Shown here piece by piece: positions 35,682 to 42,712 of a DNA stretch of 64,000 bases. Every line of letters begins with the position of its first letter. Position 1 is the stretch's first letter. The stretch is from Candidatus Micrarchaeota archaeon (lineage in GTDB: Archaea; Micrarchaeota; Micrarchaeia; Micrarchaeales; CABMGC01). The stretch is taken from NCBI GenBank assembly GCA_021803425.1, contig JAJZLN010000020.1, forward strand, positions 3,924 to 67,923. The letters run 5' to 3'. The position numbers were made by a program, and so were the translations under genes. The notes under the pieces are model-generated. The model was given only the letters and a program-made list of their open reading frames with translations. It ran no database searches and was not told the origin of the DNA.

Positions 35682-38600
35682 TTAGCGTTTCTCTTCAAGC
35701 GCTCTCATCTCTTCGTCTATATCATTCTTCATTTTTTTGAATTTTGATATGAAGAATATTTTGTATATAATGTATAAAATTATTATTATCAGCAGTATGA
35801 GAAAGGTCTTGAATGATACTATTATGGAATAGATTCTGCTTGAAGTTATCCTGCTTATTATAGAATTGCTTGGTATCGTGGTTGGACTGATTGCGTTTAC
35901 AGGAGTTATTAGAGGGACTATATTAGATGACGCCTGCGACGGCGGTTTGCCAGGAAGGCCCCCAGAAGACGAGGATCCAGAAGATGAGGATTGCACAGTG
36001 GTTGTTTGAGGAACAATTGACGTTGTTGATACTGAGGATGTAGAGGATGTGGTAGAAATGGTGGTTGTTGAAGTTTTAGGAGCAGATGTGGTAGGAGGCA
36101 ATACTGCAGTGCCTCCTGTGCCGCCGCTGTTTATTGACTGTACATTAAGCGTTGTGCCTGCAGTAAGGTTTGTATAATTGGAATTGCCGGGATTCTTGAA
36201 CAAGAACGAATATGTGCCAGGGGAGCCCTGCTCAGTCCAGTGCATCACTGAATCGGTCTTTCCGAAGAGCGCTCCGTTGACGTAAAGCGACCATGCGCTC
36301 TGGTTGCCTATCGTCGGGGTGCCGGTGAATGTTATGTTCACCGCTGAATAGAAGCCTGCAGAGCCGGGATTTCCTGAAATCGTAACTTTGAGCGGGCCTT
36401 GTTCCACATCAATGGTATTGGCAACAATTATCCTTGAAGTGCCCAATATGCTTACAAGTCCGGTATTATAACCTGAAACATAAGCGAACGTATTTGTTGG
36501 ATTGAAGGCTATCTGGAACGGCCCGCTGCTCCCGAAGCCAGGTATTGTATTCACTACCTGATTCGTTATGGAATTTATTACACTTACTGTATCTCCTCCA
36601 TAAAAATCGTCTACATATAAGTAATTGCCGTTGAATGCCATGGTTGTAGATCCTGTTCCAGTGCTTATCTGGTTTGGAAGCAGTGTGCAAGTAGCAACAT
36701 CTATTACACCTATTGTCGAATGGGGAGACGCAGGAAGTGAAACATACGCATAAGTGCCGCTTGGATTGAATGTTATAAATGCTGGCGCAGAGCCAAGGCT
36801 GATAGTATTAATCACAGTGTTAGTCGCAACATTTATCACGTTTACGGTGTTGCTTGAATGATCAGCGACATATGCTATATTTCCATTCGGGGCGAATGCC
36901 ACTCCTTCAGGAGCTGAACCGGATACAATAGTATTGATAACGGTATTTGTTGCGGTATTTATCACGCTTACTGTGTTGCTTTCATAATTTGTAACATAAA
37001 GTATTGAGCCTGAAGGATTGAATGCCAGATCAAATGGAAAATTGCCCACGCCTATCGTATTTACCACGGTGTTCGTTGCAACATCTATAACGCTTACAGC
37101 GTTGCTAGGTGAAGTTATAGAACCGGTGTCTAAAACATATGCAAGAAGATTGTTTGCGGGGCTGAAAGCGACACCAAAGGAATTTGATATTATAGGTATG
37201 GAGTTGACTATGCTGTTTGTATCAGAGTCTATCACGCTGACAGTATTTTCTCCATAGTTAGTGACATATGCTACCGGAAGCGAAGGGTTGAATGCAACGC
37301 TGGCTGGCTGCGGAGTTGCTATCGAATTTACAATCACATCCGGCTCAGAAGAGGTCATGTTTCCTATTATAGTCCATAATCCGAATACAGTATTGGAGGC
37401 GCTCATTGTGTTTGCAGGATACTTTACCCCGTTGAATGAGAATACCAATGAATTGTATGAAGTCTCATTTACCAGAAGACTGAATTCCCCGCTGTCTGCA
37501 GAAGGCATTGGTATTGCCTGTGTAAGCGAATTAAGTGAAGAGATCGGGCTTTCCGTATTTATGAAGCTCCATATCCAGTTCCCAGTGTATGGCGGTATTC
37601 CGCCGGATATCGGCACGCTGAAGTTTGATACCTGCCCGTAAGTTATCGTGGAATTTGATTCGGTGTCAGGGCAGTTCTGGGATATAGGATCGATTGCATT
37701 TATCACGCAGTACGTAGCAACTGTCGCAGTTGGCATTACATTGTTTGGAGGATCGTACCTCAGCACAAAGCTGTTCCAGTATGTTATACCCACATCTGAA
37801 TAAACATTCAGAAGATCATCACCAATTATGCCTAAGTAATTGCCCGTTGATGGAGGGCTTTGTATAGTTATTGATGAGCCTATAGGAGGGCCAAATACAC
37901 CCAGCGGCAAAGAATTCCTGCCTATAAAAGCAGTCATTGTGGAGCCTGACAGCAGGACATCGTATTTGTACCAGGTATGTGAAACTGTAGTATCATTACC
38001 AGAAAAGATAAGATTATAGCCCTGCGCCCATACGCTGGTTGAATCAAAACCTGACGGGAAGAATCCGCCCCGGGTATCCAACCTTGCAAACTGGCCACCT
38101 CCCAGAGAGTTTGCCAATACATACACGTCGCCAAGTCCGGCGTTGTTTGTGCCGTAATTTCCGTAACTATACACCCAGAACGTAAGTATCTCATTCGAAT
38201 TGAAATTTGGGACTGAGGTATATGCATAATCCCCTTCTACAGAATTTGCAAAGAATGCGTTTGATGCACCAAACTCGCTTCCGTACTGTGGCGCCGGCGT
38301 GCTGCCTACCTCGTTCGAAGCAACCTCATTCGTAGTCCAGCCGCTGAAAGAGGTTGGATTAATGTTATAGTATATAAATACATTAGCGCCATCATCGTAC
38401 TGCCCGTATGTAGAGCTGAGCTGCGGTGCTTCGCCTACAGTCTGGCCGTTGAAGAAGTTCTGGGACTGCAACCCGAATCCCAGGTATATCACTGAATTTG
38501 AACTTGGAGGCAGTCCTTGAGGAAGTTTTAGCCAGTATGTGGTGTTAGTTACAGTATTTGAATTTCCGGATTCAAGCCAGCTGTTTATCACATTTCCGTT

Positions 38601-38837
38601 AGGATAGAAGAATTCCACATTCTGGAGGTTGCCTGCTTCGTATGGCGCGTATGCAAGGCTGTTTACATTTACCATCTGCTGGAATGAGTTTGCTGTTGCA
38701 GCGTCTTGATAGTTTGATATGCCTATTGGGACACAGTATACAACATTTGCAGGCACCGAGCCGCAGTATGATGCGCTTGCGCTTTTTAAAAATAGCAAGA
38801 GAATGATTGTTGCTGTTATGTAATGCTTGAAGCCCAT
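35682..38837 (-). CDS. Giant modular surface protein (1051 aa): signal peptide, DUF2341/LamG-like region, Ig-like module, YVTN beta-propeller repeats, conserved module, Ser/Thr stalk, TM anchor
   Basis: Signal peptide ..FLKSASA/SY. The N-terminal region follows the DUF2341-like pattern (NVEFFYPNGNVINSWLE...TYWLKLPQGLPPSSNSVIYLGFG). The Ig-like module carries SGGIPPYTGNWIW. About 7-8 repeats of ~40 aa match the YVTN type (e.g. LAYVTNYGENTVSVIDSDTNSIVNSI, ILYVTNYESNTVSVINTATNTVINTI). The module NITFTGTPTIGNQSAWSLYVNGALFGKTDSVMHW follows. It ends in poly-S/T, a hydrophobic helix and a charged tail. Confidence 0.85.
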   Translation of the reverse strand: MGFKHYITATIILLLFLKSASASYCGSVPANVVYCVPIGISNYQDAATANSFQQMVNVNSLAYAPYEAGNLQNVEFFYPNGNVINSWLESGNSNTVTNTTYWLKLPQGLPPSSNSVIYLGFGLQSQNFFNGQTVGEAPQLSSTYGQYDDGANVFIYYNINPTSFSGWTTNEVASNEVGSTPAPQYGSEFGASNAFFANSVEGDYAYTSVPNFNSNEILTFWVYSYGNYGTNNAGLGDVYVLANSLGGGQFARLDTRGGFFPSGFDSTSVWAQGYNLIFSGNDTTVSHTWYKYDVLLSGSTMTAFIGRNSLPLGVFGPPIGSSITIQSPPSTGNYLGIIGDDLLNVYSDVGITYWNSFVLRYDPPNNVMPTATVATYCVINAIDPISQNCPDTESNSTITYGQVSNFSVPISGGIPPYTGNWIWSFINTESPISSLNSLTQAIPMPSADSGEFSLLVNETSYNSLVFSFNGVKYPANTMSASNTVFGLWTIIGNMTSSEPDVIVNSIATPQPASVAFNPSLPVAYVTNYGENTVSVIDSDTNSIVNSIPIISNSFGVAFSPANNLLAYVLDTGSITSPSNAVSVIDVATNTVVNTIGVGNFPFDLAFNPSGSILYVTNYESNTVSVINTATNTVINTIVSGSAPEGVAFAPNGNIAYVADHSSNTVNVINVATNTVINTISLGSAPAFITFNPSGTYAYVSLPASPHSTIGVIDVATCTLLPNQISTGTGSTTMAFNGNYLYVDDFYGGDTVSVINSITNQVVNTIPGFGSSGPFQIAFNPTNTFAYVSGYNTGLVSILGTSRIIVANTIDVEQGPLKVTISGNPGSAGFYSAVNITFTGTPTIGNQSAWSLYVNGALFGKTDSVMHWTEQGSPGTYSFLFKNPGNSNYTNLTAGTTLNVQSINSGGTGGTAVLPPTTSAPKTSTTTISTTSSTSSVSTTSIVPQTTTVQSSSSGSSSSGGLPGKPPSQASSNIVPLITPVNAISPTTIPSNSIISRITSSRIYSIIVSFKTFLILLIIIILYIIYKIFFISKFKKMKNDIDEEMRALEEKR
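36208..36377 (-). repeat. Conserved ~170-bp tract shared with 43475-43645 (about 93% identical by eye) and 22786-22950
   Basis: By-eye alignment shows about 11 mismatches in ~170 nt. Exact runs include GAGCCCTGCTCAGTCCAGTGCATCACTGAATCGGTCTTTCCGAAGAGCGC and CCGTTGACGTAAAGCGACCATGCGCTCTGGTTGCCTATCGTCGG. Confidence 0.85.
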
Positions 38838-38919
38838 GCTTTGTCCTTATAATTAAAACTTTAAATATCTTTTTATGTAAGCCACCCACCCATAAATAGT
38901 ATAGGCTTCCTTGTCGAGA

Positions 38920-39534
38920 TTAGGTGACTTTAGCCGAGAACCTTGCAATTCTCTGTATCAGGAATCTGGGCTCGTACTCTGATGAGGCATTATATACTAT
39001 CCATACATATCCTGACAGGCTTGTCCCTATTGCATTTGAAGCTAAGATGGACCCTACTTCATTGGGTTGTGTAGTGGCCGGATAAAATATCCATCCATCA
39101 CCTACATCAAGGGTTACAGAGTTTGTATTACCGTCTAATTCAGCCACTATTCCGTTGTTTGGAGGAAAAGTATAACCAGGGCTTTCCTGTATACTAAAAG
39201 GATAAGGCACTTGTGTTTGAAAAAATCCAATGTTTGTTGTATTCTGTGGTGTAATCCCAACTATAACATTGTATGTACCTGCACCGGCAGCCTGGCCTAC
39301 AGTGAACGTAAGCACGGCGAGCGTATTTGCAGGGGTGCCGGAAGGGAGTATGTTTGTGAGAGTAATGTTGGTGCAGAGAAATTCGGATTCAGGTATGCAG
39401 CTCGTTCCGAGATTGTTGTTGCTGAAAACTCCGAGAGAGAAGAGCGCGATCAGCACGATCGCGATTATGAGTATCGCCCACCCATACGTCATCAGGTACT
39501 CCATCGCGCTCTGGAGCTTTGATATATTGGACAT
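38920..39534 (-). CDS. Pilin-like protein with class III signal peptide
   Basis: 204 aa. MSNISKLQSAMEYLMTYGWAILIIAIVLIALF has a short basic leader, Q at the putative +1 position, Glu at +5 and a hydrophobic helix. It lies directly upstream of the 1051-aa surface protein on the same strand. Confidence 0.75.
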   Translation of the reverse strand: MSNISKLQSAMEYLMTYGWAILIIAIVLIALFSLGVFSNNNLGTSCIPESEFLCTNITLTNILPSGTPANTLAVLTFTVGQAAGAGTYNVIVGITPQNTTNIGFFQTQVPYPFSIQESPGYTFPPNNGIVAELDGNTNSVTLDVGDGWIFYPATTQPNEVGSILASNAIGTSLSGYVWIVYNASSEYEPRFLIQRIARFSAKVT

Positions 39535-39541
39535 ATATAGT

Positions 39542-39904
39542 TTACCTAAGCTTTCCGCCTATTGATATTGAATAGGTGTTTATTTTCATGCTTTTAAGCC
39601 TTATCTTTAATTTGTAGTCATTTGTGCATACATTTCCGTATTTGGCAGCCGCAGAGATTATCCAGTTATCAACAAAGCCCGAGTTTGGATCTGTTGTAGG
39701 ATTATGCATCTTTATTGCGGCTTCTGCTGATTTTGCATATTTCCTATACTTTGAATACCTTTTAGCAAGCAATCCAATCTCCCTAAGTATACCTTTTGAT
39801 ATTACTGGCTTGTAGCCAAGTTGTTCTTCTACCGAATTGAATACATCTATCCCCTTTGAGAAGCCGAATATTATTGAACTTGTATCGACGATTATGTTAT
39901 CCAT
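39542..39904 (-). CDS. PIN-domain protein, Fcf1/COG1412-like
   Basis: 120 aa with IIVDTSSIIF (first acidic residue), ISKGILREIGLLAK, VDNWIISAAAKYGN and VCTNDYKLKIRLK. This matches the conserved archaeal Fcf1-like PIN pattern rather than a VapC with an adjacent antitoxin. Confidence 0.75.
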   Translation of the reverse strand: MDNIIVDTSSIIFGFSKGIDVFNSVEEQLGYKPVISKGILREIGLLAKRYSKYRKYAKSAEAAIKMHNPTTDPNSGFVDNWIISAAAKYGNVCTNDYKLKIRLKSMKINTYSISIGGKLR

Positions 39905-39964
39905 GAAATCTGTATAGTATATTGTTCAATAATATATTAGATTTTTGCATGTTTTGTGCAGTGA

Positions 39965-40576
39965 TTGAGGATATGGTATCGATTTATTAATTTAAGTAGG
40001 ATATTCTGTAATATGAGCGTGTTCAGTTACATCAATGCAGAATCTTTTAGACTTGCGGACACAGTAGCAAATCCAGCACTTAATATGATCATGAAATATT
40101 GGGCAGAAAGCTTCTATGTCATTCTGCTTGCACTTCTTGCCTATCTTTACATCAAGAAGGATGAAAATATATTCCCGTACGCCATTTCCGTGGTAGTGCT
40201 TTATGGGATAGGGGAAATTATAAAATTAATAGTAATGGAGCCAAGGCCGTGCGCTAACCCCGATTTTTCCTGGATAAACCAAGTGGGTTGCGAGTCCGGA
40301 TATTCGTTCCCTTCCAACCATGCTACTGTACTGACAGGGCTGTTCATATTTTTCAACAATTATAAGTATGTAAGAGCGGCTTACATAATATGGGTGGTAA
40401 TAGTGTTGTTCGGTAGGATATATTTAGGGCAGCATTATATGACTGACGTCATTGTTGGAGCCATAATAAGCATTGCTTTCTGCTACATGATGCATAAATA
40501 CAGAAAGAGGATTGACTTGATAAGCAAAAAGATACTTGTTGTATTCTCCCCTGTAACTGGCCTTATTGGTATTTGA
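39965..40576 (+). CDS. PAP2-family membrane phosphatase
   Basis: 203-aa ORF with KLIVMEPRP (KxxxxxxRP), SFPSNHAT (PSGH-like) and GRIYLGQHYMTDVIVG (SRxxxxxHxxxD-like), plus several TM helices. ATG 40010 is a likelier start than TTG 39965. Confidence 0.85.
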   Translation: MRIWYRFINLSRIFCNMSVFSYINAESFRLADTVANPALNMIMKYWAESFYVILLALLAYLYIKKDENIFPYAISVVVLYGIGEIIKLIVMEPRPCANPDFSWINQVGCESGYSFPSNHATVLTGLFIFFNNYKYVRAAYIIWVVIVLFGRIYLGQHYMTDVIVGAIISIAFCYMMHKYRKRIDLISKKILVVFSPVTGLIGI

Positions 40577-40972
40577 ATGAGCATAGAAAGAGTCCTTGGT
40601 AAAAACAGCACAATAACAGTAGTGGGGCTGTCAAGGGACGAGACAAAATACAGCCATATTGTGGCAAAATTCATGCAGAGAGTCGGATATAGGATAATAC
40701 CTGTTAATCCGACTGCGGATGTGATACTTGGAGAAAAGGTGTACAAAAGCCTGCTTGAAATACCTGAAAATCCAGGGATAGTTGATGTGTTCAGGCCAAG
40801 TGAAGAGGCATTTGGTATAGCAAAACAGGCTGCTGAAAAAGGTGCGAATGCCGTATGGCTGCAGGAAGGAATTATAAACGAGGAAGCAAAGAAGTACGCG
40901 GAAGCTAAAGGAATTGAATTTGTACAGGATAAATGCATAATGAAGGAATACTTAAGAATTCATGGTGATTGA
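40577..40972 (+). CDS. CoA-binding domain protein (YccU/YneT-like)
   Basis: 131 aa with ITVVGLSRDETKYSHIVAKFM..GYRIIPVNP...YKSLLEIPE..DVFRP. The start codon directly abuts the PAP2 stop. Confidence 0.85.
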   Translation: MSIERVLGKNSTITVVGLSRDETKYSHIVAKFMQRVGYRIIPVNPTADVILGEKVYKSLLEIPENPGIVDVFRPSEEAFGIAKQAAEKGANAVWLQEGIINEEAKKYAEAKGIEFVQDKCIMKEYLRIHGD

Positions 40973-41378
40973 TTTGGATTTGGACATTTATGCTGAGGAG
41001 CTCATATACAATTATGAGCATCCAAAAAACAAGGGAGTAATTGAGCATCCCAGCACGCAGTCGAGCGAAGAGAACATATCGTGTGGGGACAGGATAACTG
41101 TGTATTTAAAGATAGAGAAAGATAAGGTAAGCGACATAAAATTTGAAGGGTCCGGATGCGTGATATCAATGGGCACATCAAACATACTTGTCGGGTTCTT
41201 GAAGGGAAAGACGCTTGCAGAAATAGAGAATTTGGATAAAAACAAGCTTATAGAGATTATTAACATCGACCCAGGACCGGTTAGGATGCACTGCGCAACT
41301 CTTTCCTTGAGAGCAATCAGGAAAGCAGTGCTTGGTTACGAAAATAAGCCAATAGACGCGCAGACAAAGGAACTGTAG
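40962..41378 (+). CDS. NifU/IscU/SufU-like Fe-S cluster scaffold protein
   Basis: 138 aa with NYEHPKNKG, CGDRITVYLKIE, FEGSGCVISMGTSN and RMHCATLSLRAIRKAV (three conserved Cys). 11-nt overlap with the upstream gene. Confidence 0.85.
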   Translation: MVIDLDLDIYAEELIYNYEHPKNKGVIEHPSTQSSEENISCGDRITVYLKIEKDKVSDIKFEGSGCVISMGTSNILVGFLKGKTLAEIENLDKNKLIEIINIDPGPVRMHCATLSLRAIRKAVLGYENKPIDAQTKEL

Positions 41379-41605
41379 GAAACCCAGGCGCTTTTGCCGA
41401 ATCGGATATGAAGTTTATATTGACTTTGCTTAAGCTGGTAGGAAACATCACAGGAAAGCCAGCAGTAATGCTTTATTTATTTCGATGGTAGATTTTCTGC
41501 GCTTTTTTCCTATCTAGCAGGATATCGCTGAAAACTTAATAAAAGGATTTTCTGCAAAGCCGAGTTTTGTCGGACTTCTGCCCATTTGCAAACACCAATA
41601 CTTAG

Positions 41606-42019
41606 CTATGCTATGATCTGCTTTACTTCTTTTATGAAATCAGAAATATCTGAAGTATCGTGTGACTGTCCAAAAGACTCCTTTTCATAGCTGGAATCTG
41701 CATATGCATGTATCAGCAAATTCCTTAAAGTCCTCCTCTCCCTTACTTTGTTTATCGCTTTTTTGCTGAATTTGCCCTCGAACCTATCTATCAGTGAAGA
41801 ATCATCACCACTTAGCCCAAGCTCAAGCCCCTTGTCGAGAAATGCAAGGATATCTAGCTCCACGTCGCTCACCAACTGCAGGTTCCTCTCAACCGCGCTC
41901 TTTAGCATCATATCGGAATCCTTATACGTATCAATGCTATGTGGAGCCATGGAGTCAAGGCGCTTTGCATAAAGCGTAAGATCTGACAGCTTACTCATTA
42001 TTCTTTCTTTGTCAAACAT
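41606..42019 (-). CDS. HEPN-domain (DUF86) toxin of a HEPN/MNT pair
   Basis: 137 aa with the R-x4-H-x-Y motif in RRTLRNLLIHAY. 8-nt overlap with the upstream nucleotidyltransferase gene. Confidence 0.8.
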   Translation of the reverse strand: MFDKERIMSKLSDLTLYAKRLDSMAPHSIDTYKDSDMMLKSAVERNLQLVSDVELDILAFLDKGLELGLSGDDSSLIDRFEGKFSKKAINKVRERRTLRNLLIHAYADSSYEKESFGQSHDTSDISDFIKEVKQIIA

Positions 42020-42530
42020 TTACCAACCCATTCATGATGTTGAACCTGTATTTATAATCAGACCATCTTTTCATTATGTCTACGCTGTAATCATACAATC
42101 TGCTGCTATCCTTCACATACACTATTTTTGCTTCATTGAGCAGACGACTCTGCGCCAAAAGCGGAAGATCATTAAGTATTGAAATGTCAAAGCGTATGTC
42201 CAGCATGCCTATTTGTGAATATTTATTGAGCTCTTCAAACGAACTGCCCTTGTCATCTATCAAAATAGCAATGTCGATGTCCCTGTAGCTCGCATCTTTC
42301 CTTGTATAGCTTCCAAATAAAAGAACAGCAATTACATGCCTGTCCTTCTCGGCCTCTTTTATTATCGCATGGATCCTGCTCTTTATTGTATCCTGCATCC
42401 TGAGCCATTGCACTATTGCTTCTTCCACTGCCTTGCTTATTGAGCCCCTGCCATAGCCAAACCTCTCCATCGCAGTCTCCCTAAGCTTCGCGTCGACGTT
42501 ATCAGCTATATAAATCTTTGTTTCTGCCAT
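42012..42530 (-). CDS. Minimal nucleotidyltransferase (MNT) antitoxin with N-terminal ribbon-helix-helix-like segment
   Basis: 172 aa. The N-terminal ~45 aa (KIYIADNVDAKLRETAMERFGYGRGSISKAVEEAIVQWL) looks CopG/RHH-like. The NTase motif is LLFGSYTRKDASYRDIDIAILI (GS..x..DxD). Confidence 0.8.
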   Translation of the reverse strand: MAETKIYIADNVDAKLRETAMERFGYGRGSISKAVEEAIVQWLRMQDTIKSRIHAIIKEAEKDRHVIAVLLFGSYTRKDASYRDIDIAILIDDKGSSFEELNKYSQIGMLDIRFDISILNDLPLLAQSRLLNEAKIVYVKDSSRLYDYSVDIMKRWSDYKYRFNIMNGLVNV

Positions 42531-42562
42531 ATTAATATCTTTAGGGATAAAGATATTTATAT

Positions 42563-42583
42563 ATTTCTATAGGTCATAGAAAT
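42563..42583 (-). promoter_or_regulatory. Candidate operator (perfect 8-bp inverted repeat) at the MNT/HEPN promoter
   Basis: ATTTCTAT-AGGTC-ATAGAAAT lies 33-53 nt upstream of the MNT ATG (42530). On the coding strand it abuts an ATATATAAATA TATA-like element. Confidence 0.45.
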
Positions 42584-42712
42584 GAAGTCAGAGAGCCCAG
42601 CAGTATAATAAAAAAGAAACAATCTAGATTATTAATGGAAATATAAAGAAAAGATTAAATGCCTAAACAAAGGAACTGTAGACTATAACATTAACTTTAT
42701 TTGAGAGCGGAT

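Noticed and set aside
36208-36377. A diversity-generating retroelement template/variable repeat pair as the explanation for the ~170-bp shared tract
   Set aside because: The mismatches between copies are of mixed types (A/G, G/T, T/C, T/A in both directions) rather than confined to adenines of one copy. Both copies are in-frame coding sequence, and no reverse transcriptase gene is in the window.
39542-39904. The PIN-domain gene as a VapC toxin of a VapBC pair
   Set aside because: The sequence pattern matches the conserved archaeal Fcf1/COG1412-type PIN. There is no small antitoxin ORF immediately upstream on the same strand.
40483-40938. 151-aa minus-strand ORF. The same applies to the many other long antisense ORFs, e.g. 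51243-51902, 57477-58133, 61408-61791, 63439-63990, 2412-2963 and 27286-27789.
   Set aside because: Each lies antisense to a gene with strong family motifs. Each shows the Ser/Leu/Phe/Cys-rich low-information composition typical of shadow ORFs in AT-rich, purine-skewed coding DNA.
41379-41605. 27-codon hydrophobic mini-ORF (MKFILTLLKLVGNITGKPAVMLYLFRW) in the nifU/HEPN spacer
   Set aside because: It is too short and has no supporting signal (no SD or TATA context that I could recognise), so it cannot be distinguished from chance.
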